This document shows, in pieces, positions 19,221-29,345 of a stretch of DNA of 64,000 nucleotides (within the stretch, counting starts at the first letter, position 1; each line of letters starts with the position of its first letter). Both the position numbers and the translations under genes were made by a program. The stretch is from an uncultured Chthonomonadales bacterium. Lineage in GTDB: Bacteria > Armatimonadota > Chthonomonadetes > Chthonomonadales > CAJBBX01. The stretch covers positions 1,454 through 65,453 of the forward strand of contig CALLMM010000018.1 in NCBI GenBank assembly GCA_938005745.1, written 5' to 3'. The notes below the pieces were generated by a model. The model was given only the letters and a program-made list of their open reading frames with translations. It ran no database searches and was not told where the DNA came from.

Positions 19221-19670
19221 ATGAAGACCTATTCGGCAAAACCTGAGGAGGTAAAACTCCAGCGCCGATGGCTGTTGATAGATGCGGCGGGTAAGCCGAT
19301 GGGGCGTCTGGCAACCGATATTGCCAGGATCCTGCGCGGCAAGCACCGCCCGATCTATACGCCCCATGTGGATACCGGCGAGTTTGTGATCGTGATCAAC
19401 GCCGCCCAGGTCGTGCTGACCGGGCGCAAAGCCAGCGAACCGATCTACCGCCACTCCGGGTGGCCCGGCGCGCTCAAGAGCGTGACGCGGGGCGCCGAGC
19501 TGTCCCGCAAGCCGCAGGAGGCGCTGCGCCGGGTCGTGCGGGGCATGCTGCCGCACAACCGCCTGGGCGACGCCATGATTAAGAAGCTGAAAGTCTACGC
19601 CGGTCCCGATCATCCTCACGCGGCGCAGAAGCCGGAGGTCTATTCGGTGCTGGAAGGAAAAGGAGAGTAG
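19221..19670 (+). CDS. rplM: 50S ribosomal protein uL13
   Basis: 149 aa; W..IDA.G...GRLA..IA..LRGKH.P.YTPH.D.G..V.V.NA. Confidence 0.96.
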   Translation: MKTYSAKPEEVKLQRRWLLIDAAGKPMGRLATDIARILRGKHRPIYTPHVDTGEFVIVINAAQVVLTGRKASEPIYRHSGWPGALKSVTRGAELSRKPQEALRRVVRGMLPHNRLGDAMIKKLKVYAGPDHPHAAQKPEVYSVLEGKGE

Positions 19671-19673
19671 AAC

Positions 19674-20069
19674 GTGCCGCCTGCGATTCGCTACTATGGA
19701 ACTGGCAAGCGGAAAGACGCGGTCGCCCGCGTCTGGATCGTGCCCGGCTCCGGCAACGTAACCATCAACGACCGCGCCGCGGATAAGTATCTGGGACGCC
19801 TGACGCTGCTGCGTCTGATCCAGCAGCCGTTCGACATTACCGAGACGAATGGACGCTTCGATGTGATCGCCCGGTGCAAGGGCGGCGGCATCAGCGGACA
19901 GGCAGGAGCGGTTCGTCACGGGATCAGCAAGGCGCTGGTGGAAGCCGATCCGGAACTGCGCCCGACCCTGCGCCGCCTGGGCTACCTGACGCGCGACCCG
20001 CGCGTAAAAGAGCGCAAGAAGTTCGGTCGCAAGCGCGCCCGGCGCGGGTTCCAGTTCAGCAAGCGCTAA
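19674..20069 (+). CDS. rpsI: 30S ribosomal protein uS9
   Basis: [13 protein letters not shown]...PG.G...IN; ends ...RKKFG.K.ARR..QFSKR; GTG start 3 nt after the rplM stop. Confidence 0.95.
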   Translation: MPPAIRYYGTGKRKDAVARVWIVPGSGNVTINDRAADKYLGRLTLLRLIQQPFDITETNGRFDVIARCKGGGISGQAGAVRHGISKALVEADPELRPTLRRLGYLTRDPRVKERKKFGRKRARRGFQFSKR

Positions 20070-20101
20070 GCCTGTTGCTCACAATCTGGAAATCGCTTTT
20101 T

Positions 20102-20129
20102 GCGGGCAGGCGCGAACGCGCCTGCCCGC
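20102..20129 (+). terminator. Hairpin downstream of rpsI
   Basis: GCGGGCAGGCGC-gaac-GCGCCTGCCCGC, a 12-bp perfect stem. No clear downstream U-tract (TCTGTT only). Confidence 0.4.
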
Positions 20130-20158
20130 TCTGTTCGGAGAGGGAAAGGATTCTGGTG

Positions 20159-21340
20159 ATGCAGTATCGCCGTTTTGGACGCACAGAGCTTTCGATGCCG
20201 GTCTTCTCCTGCGGCGGGATGCGCTATCAGCATAAGTGGCAGGACGTCCCTGCGGAGGAGATCCCGGCGGATAATCAGGCGAACCTGGAGGCGACCATCT
20301 ATCGCGCGCTGGAACTGGGGATCAACCATATCGAGACGGCGCGCGGCTATGGATCGAGTGAGCGGCAGCTGGGTTGGGTCCTGCCGAAACTGCCGCGCGA
20401 GAAGCTGATCGTGCAGACCAAAGTCGCCCCCTTTCCCGATCCCGCCCAGTTTCTGCAGACCTTCCAGACCTCGATGGAGCGGCTTCAACTGGAGTATGTG
20501 GACCTGCTGGCGTTTCACGGCGTCAACACCCGCGAACTGCTGGAGATGACGCTGCGAAAAGGCGGCTGCCTGGAGGTCGCCCGGCAGCTGCAGCGCGAAG
20601 GGCGCGTCCGCTTTGTGGGCTTCTCCACCCATGCGCCCTGCCGCGTGATCGTGGATGCCATTGAGAGCGGCGAGTTCGACTATGTGAACCTGCACTGGTA
20701 CTTTGTCAACGACCTGAACCGGGCGGCGGTGGAAGCCGCGCACAGGCAGGATATGGGCGTCTTCATCATCTCCCCCAGCGACAAAGGAGGCAGGCTCTAC
20801 GAGCCTCCCGCCAAGCTGGTCGCGCTGTGCCAGCCGCTGACCCCGATGCAGTTCAACGATCTCTACTGCCTGGCAAACCCGCAGGTGCATACCCTCAGTC
20901 TGGGAGCGGCGCGCCCCTCCGACTTCGACGAGCATATCGCGGCGCTGGAGTACTATGACCGGATCGCGGAGGTCGTGCCGCCCATCGAGGCGCGTCTGCG
21001 GGCGGAGATGGACCGCGCGCTGGGCGAGGAGTGGACGCGCGGCTGGCATACGGGTCTGCCGGAGTATCTGGAGGTTCCGGGCGAGATCAACCTGCTGGAG
21101 ATTCTGCGGCTGTGGACCTATGCAAAGTCGCTCGATCTGGTGGAGTGGGGGCGGATGCGCTATAACCTGCTCGGCAAGGCGGATCACTGGTTTCCGGGTC
21201 AGAACGCGGCGGAGGCGGATGCTGAGACCCTCGCGCCGGCGCTGGCGAACAGCCCCTTCCGGGAGCGCATCCCGTCCATTCTGCGCGAGGCGCACGCCAT
21301 GCTGTTCGGGGAGGCGCAGCACCGCCTGAGCGAGAGTTAG
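20159..21340 (+). CDS. Aldo/keto reductase family oxidoreductase with extended C-terminal domain
   Basis: [10 protein letters not shown].......GGM...; ...[19 protein letters not shown] 20159 avoids overlap with rpsI; the track ORF starts inside rpsI at 19874. Confidence 0.8.
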   Translation: MQYRRFGRTELSMPVFSCGGMRYQHKWQDVPAEEIPADNQANLEATIYRALELGINHIETARGYGSSERQLGWVLPKLPREKLIVQTKVAPFPDPAQFLQTFQTSMERLQLEYVDLLAFHGVNTRELLEMTLRKGGCLEVARQLQREGRVRFVGFSTHAPCRVIVDAIESGEFDYVNLHWYFVNDLNRAAVEAAHRQDMGVFIISPSDKGGRLYEPPAKLVALCQPLTPMQFNDLYCLANPQVHTLSLGAARPSDFDEHIAALEYYDRIAEVVPPIEARLRAEMDRALGEEWTRGWHTGLPEYLEVPGEINLLEILRLWTYAKSLDLVEWGRMRYNLLGKADHWFPGQNAAEADAETLAPALANSPFRERIPSILREAHAMLFGEAQHRLSES

Positions 21341-21341
21341 G

Positions 21342-21374
21342 GGCGGGTATCGCGCCTCCCCTCCGATACCCGCC
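21342..21374. terminator. Hairpin between convergent genes (bidirectional terminator candidate)
   Basis: GGCGGGTATCG-11 nt-CGATACCCGCC, an 11-bp perfect stem. Confidence 0.5.
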
Positions 21375-21389
21375 GTCAGAGCGCGGAGC

Positions 21390-24128
21390 CTACCGCATCT
21401 CGATGCGCTGTATCTGAACCCGGGTTCCGGGACGGGAGCAGGGATCGAAGCGCAGCGCGGTAACATTGCCCCGCCAGCGCGGATTGTCGGCGAGGCGAAC
21501 GACATAGTCGCGCCACTGCCCGTCCAGGCGCACGGGAATCTTCACGCTGGCGGCTTCGCTGGTCGCTCCGCCGCGCACGACCCAGAAGAGCTGCGCCACG
21601 TCGTCCGAAGAACGGTTGTCGGGCGGCTGCAAGCGCAGACGGATATGCAGCGTGGAGTAGCGATGCGCGGGCAGGAAGACCTGCGGCGAGGAGAGAGCCG
21701 GATCGTCGCCGGTAGCCTCGGCGGTCAGCGCGCCGTCCTCGATCTTCGCGGGCGTCAGGTTCATCATGCTGTCCCATCCCAGCAAGCCCTCGCGGAAGTC
21801 CCACCGAGCGCGGGAGGGCGCGGGGAAGACCACCTGCGCCGCCGTCCGTCCGACGTCGGCGGGGGTGAGGTCGGTATGGGACGGAGAGGCGTCGGTGAAG
21901 ACGCGGCGGATCGCGTCCAGATAGCCGAACCCGAACTCGCGATGCGGCTCGATGTAGGATCCCTCCCCCCACTCGTTCCACGCCTCGATCAGGATCATCG
22001 GCAGGGTCGTCTGCGGGTTGGCGTCGAGAAACCGCTTCGCATCCTGCAGATGCCGCTGAAACTTCTCCGGCGTTCTTCCGTAGCGCACCAGCGCGGTGTT
22101 GCCGTGCCAGGGGCGCGAGTCCCATCCGCCGCTGATGGGTGGCATCAGCGGCAGCAGCCCCCGATCCACGATCTGCTGCCATTCGCGGCGGTATCCCTCG
22201 ATGAGCGTATCGTAGGGAGCGCGCCGCTCCGTTCCCTCAACGCCCAGCCCCGCCCAGTTGTAGCAGGTTACGGCGTCGTATCCTTCGTCGTAAGCCAGAT
22301 TCACGCCGCTCGCTCCCGGCACGCAGGCGATCAGGTAGAGTCCCTTCAGCCCCTGCGCGCGGCACATCTCGCGCATCTCCTCGAACGACTCGCGCACCGC
22401 CGCGCTGCCCATGTCCTCCCGCAGCCGTTCGGGCGTGAAGATGATCATCACCGGCTTGCCGTCTATCTGCAGGTGCTCCGGCTGACGGAAGTAGTTTTCG
22501 ATCCAGTGCTGCGTCACGTTCCGAAGGTCCTCGCGGGAGGAGGTGTTTGGCGGGTTATGGTTCGCCCAGAGCAGACAGAACTGCAGATACTTCCGGTAGC
22601 GGCTGCGCAGATAGGCTTGCAGACCGTGCTCAAGCTGCCGCGACCCCTGCGACCAGTACCAGTCGTAGGCGAAGAAGGTGATGCCGTGCTCCACCGCCCA
22701 CTTGATCTGCCAGTCAATGATCTCCGTATCCCCCTCCCGATACCATCCCAGCGCCGGACGTCGCTCCGGGTAGTAGGTGATCGGAACCCACTGCCCCGGA
22801 CTTCGCCATCCGGGGAAGTAGTAGACTCCGACCGGATAGCGTCCCCGCACCGGTTTCGGCTCCGGCACATAGGAGGCGTTCGTGCTGGATGCCCGTGGGG
22901 TGATTCGCTCCACGGCGGTCAGCGTCTGCGGGGGAATGTTGGAGCCGGTGATGCGCAGCGACAGGCGGGCGATGGTCGGTTGTGGGAAGAGCACGCGCCA
23001 GACCAGATCGGCCTCCTGCCCGAACTCCAGCGCCGGTTCCGCCGCCCGCTCCGTTTTCAGGAGCCGCGCGCCGGCGGGAAGGCGCAGGGTCGCGCGCAGT
23101 CCGCGTATCGGCGCGCCGCCCGCATTGGTCAGCCGGGCGCGCACGCTCACCGGAACGCCGGCGCGCGGCAGCGCCTCCTCGACGCTGAACCAGAGCGGTC
23201 TTAACTCCGCCCCGCCCTGAGGTCTGTCGGACAGGCGCAGCCACTCCAGACGCACGGTATCGCCGACCGCTTCGCCGGGGCGCAGTCCGATGGCGATGAT
23301 CCTGCCCTGCCAGTCCGGCGCGTTGAGCATGTCCAGGTTATAGGTGTGCGGCTTGCCGTCGGGAATCAGCGGGAAGGAGAGCGTATGCAGTCCGGGCGTG
23401 CGGTCGGTCGCAAAGAGGATCGCCGCGTTTTTCGCGGTGGAGGCGAGGCGCAGCGAGACCAGTGGGGCGCGCAGGGCGTCCGACTCGATCGGAGGGCTGA
23501 GCGCAAAGCCGTCCCCCGCCTGCAGCGTCATCCGCATCGCCCCGGCTTCCGGATGCAGCGCGACGTTGTGCATTCCTGCCCAGCCGTCCGTCTGTCGGCG
23601 AAAGACAAAGGAGGGGGCGCGCAGCCGGTCGCCGCCCGCAGCCTCCACGATCCGGATCGAGGCGATCCGAAATGTGGCGCCGTCGTAGGGATCGAGCCGC
23701 AGACGCACGATCTTTCCCTCTTTCTGCCAGAAAGGAAAGAGGCGGTAGGTGCGAAACTGTCCGTCTCCGCGCACGGTGAAGGGCGTCCGTTTCTCCCCGG
23801 AGAAGCCGCCATACCGCCCTTCGGTCGTCCCGCTCCAGAAGACCTCAAACGGACCGTCGCGGTCCGCCTGCAACCGGATCTCCAGCGCCTGTCTCGCGCT
23901 CGCCGGAACGTTCATGGGCAGCGCAAAGACCAGAATGGGATCGGGACCGCGGCAGGTGAAAGCCAGCGCGCCGTTCTCGATCCGACGCTCGACGACATCC
24001 TGATTGACCTGCCAGTCCTGCAGCGCCCGCTCGCTGTCGAAGCGGTACTCGAACTGCGTCTTCTGCGCGCGAACCTGTGCGGCGGTCAGCAGGATCAGCG
24101 CACAGACCAGCAGACAGGCTCTTTGCAT
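21390..24128 (-). CDS. Secreted multi-domain protein with central GH99-like/WbsX-like (beta/alpha)8 glycoside-hydrolase-like domain
   Basis: Signal peptide MQRACLLVCALILLTAAQVRAQ starts at ATG 24128. Centre reads VGVYYFPGW...IDWQIKWAVEHGITFFAYDWYW...ISGGWDSRPWHG, a WbsX/GH99-like pattern by eye, flanked by beta-rich regions. Confidence 0.6.
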   Translation of the reverse strand: MQRACLLVCALILLTAAQVRAQKTQFEYRFDSERALQDWQVNQDVVERRIENGALAFTCRGPDPILVFALPMNVPASARQALEIRLQADRDGPFEVFWSGTTEGRYGGFSGEKRTPFTVRGDGQFRTYRLFPFWQKEGKIVRLRLDPYDGATFRIASIRIVEAAGGDRLRAPSFVFRRQTDGWAGMHNVALHPEAGAMRMTLQAGDGFALSPPIESDALRAPLVSLRLASTAKNAAILFATDRTPGLHTLSFPLIPDGKPHTYNLDMLNAPDWQGRIIAIGLRPGEAVGDTVRLEWLRLSDRPQGGAELRPLWFSVEEALPRAGVPVSVRARLTNAGGAPIRGLRATLRLPAGARLLKTERAAEPALEFGQEADLVWRVLFPQPTIARLSLRITGSNIPPQTLTAVERITPRASSTNASYVPEPKPVRGRYPVGVYYFPGWRSPGQWVPITYYPERRPALGWYREGDTEIIDWQIKWAVEHGITFFAYDWYWSQGSRQLEHGLQAYLRSRYRKYLQFCLLWANHNPPNTSSREDLRNVTQHWIENYFRQPEHLQIDGKPVMIIFTPERLREDMGSAAVRESFEEMREMCRAQGLKGLYLIACVPGASGVNLAYDEGYDAVTCYNWAGLGVEGTERRAPYDTLIEGYRREWQQIVDRGLLPLMPPISGGWDSRPWHGNTALVRYGRTPEKFQRHLQDAKRFLDANPQTTLPMILIEAWNEWGEGSYIEPHREFGFGYLDAIRRVFTDASPSHTDLTPADVGRTAAQVVFPAPSRARWDFREGLLGWDSMMNLTPAKIEDGALTAEATGDDPALSSPQVFLPAHRYSTLHIRLRLQPPDNRSSDDVAQLFWVVRGGATSEAASVKIPVRLDGQWRDYVVRLADNPRWRGNVTALRFDPCSRPGTRVQIQRIEMR

Positions 24129-24144
24129 CGCGCCCCTTCCTTTC

Positions 24145-25062
24145 CTAAACGGCGTGCGGCTTCTCTCCGGCGGCATCCAGACGCCGTTTTGCCTCCGCAT
24201 AGACCTCCGGAGACAGCGGTCCACGCTGCGCGATGGCGATGTTCTCCTTCAGATGCTCCGGGTTGAGCGTGCCGACGATGGTGGTGCTGATATGGGGATG
24301 CGAGAGCAGGAAGCGCAGGAGGAAAGCGGTGCGCGATTCGCCGGGGTCGCGCAGTTCGTCCAGCTTCGCCGCCTCGAAGGTTTTCCAGCGATCCGCATTT
24401 CCCAGCCCTGCGCCCGGCTCTCCGCGCGCGACGCCGCCCCGGTCAATCACGCCCGCGCCGGACAGCGCTGCCTGCGTGATCACCACTTCATGGGTTCGCT
24501 CCAGCGCGGAGTAGGGAACCTGGTACACATCGAACTGCCCTCGCTCGATAAAGGTGAGGATATGGGGCAGCGTGGAGGAGCAGCCGATCCAGCGCACTTT
24601 GCCCTGCTGCTTCATCTCCTGCAGCACGGTGACCAGATCGCCGCGGTCGCACTGCTCGACGGTCGGGTTATGCAGCTGCATCAGGTCTACATAGTCAGTC
24701 TTCATCCGCTGCAGGCTCTCATGCAGTCCCCGGAAAAGGTTCTCGCGGGTCCACTCGTGAGGCGTGTCATCGGTCTGCTCATCGCGGTAGGTCACCTTGC
24801 AGCCGCACTTGGTCGCCAGATAGAACTCGGAACGCCGGTGCGCGAGAAAGCGCCCGATAAACTCTTCGCTGCGCCCGTAGTCGTTGGCGGTATCAATGAA
24901 GTTGATCCCCGAGTCCAGCACGGCGTTGAGAATGGTCTCCGCCTGCGACTCCGTGACTGGGCGTCCCCCCCAGATGCGGGTTCCGCGTATCTCCATTGCA
25001 CCGTATCCGAGCGCAGTAACCGACAGCCCGGTGCGTCCCAGCGTCCGTCTTTCCAGTGTCAT
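24145..25062 (-). CDS. Aldo/keto reductase
   Basis: 305 aa; LGRTGL.V...G.G.M...; INFIDTA..YG.SEE.IG. Confidence 0.85.
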   Translation of the reverse strand: MTLERRTLGRTGLSVTALGYGAMEIRGTRIWGGRPVTESQAETILNAVLDSGINFIDTANDYGRSEEFIGRFLAHRRSEFYLATKCGCKVTYRDEQTDDTPHEWTRENLFRGLHESLQRMKTDYVDLMQLHNPTVEQCDRGDLVTVLQEMKQQGKVRWIGCSSTLPHILTFIERGQFDVYQVPYSALERTHEVVITQAALSGAGVIDRGGVARGEPGAGLGNADRWKTFEAAKLDELRDPGESRTAFLLRFLLSHPHISTTIVGTLNPEHLKENIAIAQRGPLSPEVYAEAKRRLDAAGEKPHAV

Positions 25063-25094
25063 GTTGCTTCTCCCGATGCGATGATAGTGAGGAT

Positions 25095-25979
25095 CTACAG
25101 GTCTCTTTCGACGATGTAGCGCGCGATGGCGCGCAGCGGCTCCGCCGCCTCCCCGAACCCCTCCAGACTGGCGACCGCGCTGGCGACCTCGGCATGGGCG
25201 CGGCGTCGGGACTCCTCCAGACCGTAGAGCTTGGGGTAGGTCGCTTTATCCTTGCCCTCGTCGCTGCCGACCGGCTTCCCGATCTTCTCCTGATCCCCCA
25301 CGATATCCAGGATGTCATCGGCGATCTGAAACGCCAGCCCGATGCTCCTGCCGTAGCGTTCCAGCGCCTGCTGCTGCGCGGCGTCTGCGCCGCAGAGGAT
25401 CGCGCCCGCCAGCACAGAGGCGGTCAGGAGCGCGCCGGTCTTATGGGCGTGGATATACTGCAGCGTTTCGGCGGAGATGTCTTTGCCCTCCGACTCGATG
25501 TCCACCACCTGCCCTCCCACCATTCCCCAGGTGCCGGCGGCGTTGGCGATGCGCTTGATGACGGCGACCACCCGGTCGGGCGCGACGACGGCGGCGTTAT
25601 CGGCGATCAACTCGAAGGCGAGCGCCTGCAGCGCGTCTCCCGCGAGCATCGCCATCGCCTCGCCGAACACCTTATGGTTGGTCAGGCGCCCGCGGCGATA
25701 GTCATCATCATCCATGCAGGGCAGGTCGTCGTGGATTAACGAGAAGACGTGAATGCACTCCAGCGCGCAGGCGGTCGGCATCACCGTCTCCGGCTTGCCG
25801 CCCACCGCCTCCGCCGACGCCAGCACGAGGATCGGACGCAGGCGTTTGCCGGGAGCCAGGACGCTGTAGCGTATGGCTTCATGCAGGCGCTGCGGAACGG
25901 CGTCGAGCGGCGGCAGATAACGGTCGAGCGCGGCATCCACCTGCTCGCTTCGTTCTTTGAGATATTGATGCAGGTTCAT
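25095..25979 (-). CDS. Polyprenyl diphosphate synthase (FPP/GGPP synthase family)
   Basis: First Asp-rich motif LIHDDLPCMDDDDYRRG and second motif FQIADDILD. Start MNLHQYLKE at 25979 is preferred over the upstream track start 26195. Confidence 0.9.
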   Translation of the reverse strand: MNLHQYLKERSEQVDAALDRYLPPLDAVPQRLHEAIRYSVLAPGKRLRPILVLASAEAVGGKPETVMPTACALECIHVFSLIHDDLPCMDDDDYRRGRLTNHKVFGEAMAMLAGDALQALAFELIADNAAVVAPDRVVAVIKRIANAAGTWGMVGGQVVDIESEGKDISAETLQYIHAHKTGALLTASVLAGAILCGADAAQQQALERYGRSIGLAFQIADDILDIVGDQEKIGKPVGSDEGKDKATYPKLYGLEESRRRAHAEVASAVASLEGFGEAAEPLRAIARYIVERDL

Positions 25980-26148
25980 GGCGATCCCAGACAGAACAGA
26001 GTATACGAACCGGCTGCAGGGTCGGTTCACGGGGCAGGGCGTGCGCGTCTGCCCGAATGCACTGTTCGACGCCGCCCTGACGGGAACCTGCGCGGGATTG
26101 GGAGGCGATTTATCGTCGGATGTTACGTCGCAGCCACGGAAGGGTGTC

Positions 26149-26209
26149 GGGGATCGGGTTTGAGATTGCTTCGGGCGGCTGCGCGCCCGTCGCACGGACA
26201 GGAGGGAGG
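26149..26209. repeat. Dispersed ~60-nt element, copy A (GGGATCGGGTTTGAGATTGCTTCGGGCGGCTGCGCGCCCGTCGCACGGACAGG...)
   Basis: Roughly 70-75% identical by eye to 40671-40730, with an identical 10-nt core TGAGATTGCT. Intergenic, between divergent genes. Confidence 0.6.
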
Positions 26210-26305
26210 TCCTGTGGATAGACCGCGGTAAGATTCCTCTGTTATGTCGGTGAAAAATCCGGTATAGTATGATGGCAGCCTGTCAGAAGATCGAGGTGTT
26301 CCGTC

Positions 26306-27169
26306 GTGAATGCATCCTCAGAGGGAACGAGTGTCAATCCTATTCAGATACTGCTGGTAGAGGATAATCCCGCAGATGTGCGCCTGATCCAGGAGCTGTT
26401 GTCGCGTCCAAGTCGAGTGGAGTTCGCGATTCAGGTAGCGACACGTCTGAGGGTGGCGCACATAAGGCTGCAGCAGGGAGGTTTCGACCTGATTCTGCTC
26501 GACCTCGAGCTGCCGGACAGCAGCGGTCTGCAGACGCTGGAGCACGTGCAGGCTTATGCGCCGGACATCCCCATCGTCGTTTTCACCGACAGAGACGATG
26601 AGGCGCTGAGCATTCAGGCGGTGCACGCGGGCGCTCAAGACTATCTGCTGAAAGGGACGCTGACCGCCAGTCTGCTGTCGCGCTCAATACGCTACGCGAT
26701 CGAACGGCATCACCTCCGGCAGGAGCTTCAGCGCGCACGCATGAAGGAGCAACATGACCGCGAGATCGCCGAGCTGCAGCGTCTGTCTGCACCCGCCTCT
26801 ATCGCCATCACGGCGCAGTACTATGGCAACCTGCCTCTGCGGGAGAGCGCGCCGGGATCATATCATACGTTTGTGGAGCGATATGGGGAGATCCTCGACC
26901 TCGCAATAGAGCAGCGCGCCTATAAGGTGCAGCATCCGCTGACGGATCGTCTGCGGACACTGGCGGAAGACCTGGGATTTCTACGCGCCGGACCGCGCGA
27001 CGCCATCGAGATACACACGGCGGCGCTGCAGCGGCGGCTGGGGAGAGTCACGATGCAGAAGGCGCAGGTCTATGCCGAGGAAGGGCGCCTGCTGGCGCTG
27101 GAGCTGATGGGGCATCTGGTAACCTTCTACCGAAACTACTTCCTCGGAACCCGACGCCGCGAAACCTAG
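26306..27169 (+). CDS. Response regulator: receiver domain plus C-terminal RsbU-N-terminal-like helical domain
   Basis: ILLVEDNPAD, DLILLDLELPDSSG, VVFTD and AQDYLLKG are REC motifs. The C-terminus ...GPRDAIEIHTAALQRRL...LLALELMGHLVTFYRNY resembles the RsbU N-terminal domain by eye. GTG start. Confidence 0.8.
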   Translation: MNASSEGTSVNPIQILLVEDNPADVRLIQELLSRPSRVEFAIQVATRLRVAHIRLQQGGFDLILLDLELPDSSGLQTLEHVQAYAPDIPIVVFTDRDDEALSIQAVHAGAQDYLLKGTLTASLLSRSIRYAIERHHLRQELQRARMKEQHDREIAELQRLSAPASIAITAQYYGNLPLRESAPGSYHTFVERYGEILDLAIEQRAYKVQHPLTDRLRTLAEDLGFLRAGPRDAIEIHTAALQRRLGRVTMQKAQVYAEEGRLLALELMGHLVTFYRNYFLGTRRRET

Positions 27170-27178
27170 AGAACCGTC

Positions 27179-27946
27179 ATGCCTGCCGCACATAGACGCC
27201 CGCACGCCATAGACCGGGTTGTTCAGCGTTCGGAGGAGCTGCGCGGACGGATGCGCGCCGCGACCTCCCGGATCCCCCACGTTCGCCTGACCCCGCGCGA
27301 GGCTCCGCCGGAGACCGCGCCGCCCCCGCCTGCGGCTCCCCGACGACATTCCGGTTACGGCAGACTGACGCGGGGCGCGTTCTGGATGCTGCCGCTGCTT
27401 GCCGGAGCGCTCTACTACCTCAACCTGCCGGAAGAACCCGCAGAGAATTCTCCGCCGGCGCTCAACGTCTCCCACCGCTTCACCGACTGCCGGGCGACCG
27501 CCTCACGCAGCCTGCCCTCCAGCCGGGGGATCTCCTATCAGCCGCATCTGGTTCTGGACGGCAAGCGCAGCACCGGCTGGTCTGTGGAGAACAGCCGGCA
27601 TGGGGTCGGGGAGTGGCTGGAGATCCGCTGGCCCGAAGAGCGTACCGTCACCCGGGTCGGCATCGTGGTCGGCTACGATAAGTATAACACTTCGCGTCCC
27701 GACCATCCGGATATGTGGACGCGCAATCACCGCCTGAAGGCTGCCACGCTCGTCTTTTCGGACGGCTGGAGACAGCGTGCGCGGTTCGCCGATATTCGCG
27801 CCATGCAGTATGTGGAGATCCCCTCGCGCCGCGCCCGCTGGGTGCGTATCCGGGTGGAGGAGGTCTATCTGGACATCTTCGGCGGGATGAACCGCAGCTG
27901 GGACGACCTGACGCTGAGCGAGATAGAGGTCCAGGGGTATCGCTAG
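27179..27946 (+). CDS. Membrane-anchored protein with discoidin / NADase-type glycan-binding-like beta-sandwich domain
   Basis: Pro-rich N-terminus, one TM segment (AFWMLPLLAGALYYL), then ...LVLDGKRSTGWSVE...GEWLEIRW......V.RVGIV.GY...ATLVFSDG... Confidence 0.55.
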   Translation: MPAAHRRPHAIDRVVQRSEELRGRMRAATSRIPHVRLTPREAPPETAPPPPAAPRRHSGYGRLTRGAFWMLPLLAGALYYLNLPEEPAENSPPALNVSHRFTDCRATASRSLPSSRGISYQPHLVLDGKRSTGWSVENSRHGVGEWLEIRWPEERTVTRVGIVVGYDKYNTSRPDHPDMWTRNHRLKAATLVFSDGWRQRARFADIRAMQYVEIPSRRARWVRIRVEEVYLDIFGGMNRSWDDLTLSEIEVQGYR

Positions 27947-28129
27947 CTGCGGCGGCGGACGGCGCGGCAGTTGGAGAGGCGGGGCGGTCGCCGGCGTCTC
28001 CGCAAGGACGGATGGCGCGGCGAGAAGCCCGTCTGCTCGTCGGGACGCCGGCAGGTCCTCGCGGATCCTGTTTCGAAATATACGGATGAATGAGGCAGCC
28101 GAAGCGGTGATGCTACATCTGCAACAGGA

Positions 28130-28342
28130 GTGGACAGTATCTTGATGACTGCTTCAGAGAGAGATTGGTACCTGCGACTGCTACGAGCCAATGCCCCGTA
28201 TGTCCGCTGGCATGCTGCCGAGGCGCTGGGGAAGATCGGGGATGCCCGCGCCGTGCCCGCCCTCATCCAGGCACTCAGGGACGACGATGACCCGGATGTC
28301 CAACAGAGCGCACAGGAGGCTCTGAACACGATCCGGAGATAA
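28130..28342 (+). CDS. Small HEAT-repeat (PBS-lyase type) protein
   Basis: VRWHAAEALGKIGDARAVPALIQALRDDDDPDVQQSAQEALNTI. Start uncertain: GTG 28130, TTG 28142 or ATG 28145. Confidence 0.6.
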   Translation: MDSILMTASERDWYLRLLRANAPYVRWHAAEALGKIGDARAVPALIQALRDDDDPDVQQSAQEALNTIRR

Positions 28343-28474
28343 TCACATTCCGCTTGCTTGAGGAGCTAGGGCGGGACACGGCATATCTATGACGGAACGC
28401 GCGAACCCGGCGGATGCCCCGCTTCCTGCCTGCGCTCCAGCAGAGCGGCGCGCACTTCTTCACGGAGGCGTTGT

Positions 28475-29281
28475 ATGACCGACATTCAGACGGTGATCCA
28501 GCATATCGGGGAAGCCGGCAGGCATCTGGCGGAGATCAACGCCAGCGAAGGCTCCGCCGGAAACATCTCCGCCTACCTGGGCAAAGAGCTGCCTCCTCCC
28601 CCTGCCTTCTCGCAGGAGGAGAGCCTGATCCTGCCGGTAACCGTGCCGGAACTGGCGGGGGGCGCCTTCCTGGTTACCGGCTCCGGCAGGCGGCTGCGGG
28701 AGATCGCCGGCGACCCGGAAGCTAACCTCGGCTATCTGAGGATCGAACCGGGAGGAGCGCGGGCGCGTCTGTACACCTCGCCCCGCCGTCTCTTCTCCCG
28801 CGTGACGGTCGAGTTCAATACGCATCTGGCGGTACACCACGACCAGATCACGCGCCACAACCTCGCGTTTCACGCCATTATCCACGCGCAGCCCTTCCAT
28901 CTGGTCTATCTGAGCCACATCCCCCGCTATCAGGACGCCCTGACCCTCAACCGCCATCTGCTGCGCTGGCAGCCGGAGTGCCTCTACTACCTGCCGGAGG
29001 GGATCGCCTTCGCGCCCTACCTGCTCTCCGGCTCCGCCGAACTGATGACGACCACTGTCGAGGCGCTCCGAACGCATCAGCTGATCCTGTGGGCGAAACA
29101 CGGCGTGCTGGCGCGCTCCGCCGCCTCGGTTAAACGCGCCTGCGACCTGATCGAGTATGCGGAGGTGGGCGCGCGGTATGAGTGCTTCAACCTGAGCAAT
29201 CGCGAGATGGCGGAGGGGCTGACCCTGCACGAGATTCACATGCTCTGCCGGGAGTTCAATATCCAGCAGAAGATCTTCTGA
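28475..29281 (+). CDS. Class II aldolase/adducin family protein, rhamnulose-1-phosphate aldolase-like
   Basis: Collinear by eye with E. coli RhaD: FLVTGSGRRLREIAGDPEANLG ~ [22 protein letters not shown], and QLILWAKHGVLARS ~ SLVLWPFHGVFGSG. Confidence 0.7.
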   Translation: MTDIQTVIQHIGEAGRHLAEINASEGSAGNISAYLGKELPPPPAFSQEESLILPVTVPELAGGAFLVTGSGRRLREIAGDPEANLGYLRIEPGGARARLYTSPRRLFSRVTVEFNTHLAVHHDQITRHNLAFHAIIHAQPFHLVYLSHIPRYQDALTLNRHLLRWQPECLYYLPEGIAFAPYLLSGSAELMTTTVEALRTHQLILWAKHGVLARSAASVKRACDLIEYAEVGARYECFNLSNREMAEGLTLHEIHMLCREFNIQQKIF

Positions 29282-29345
29282 CGCAGCAAAAACGCCGGGG
29301 CGCGATACGCTGCGCCCCGGCAGTGCGTGGAGGCTCCCGCCGACG

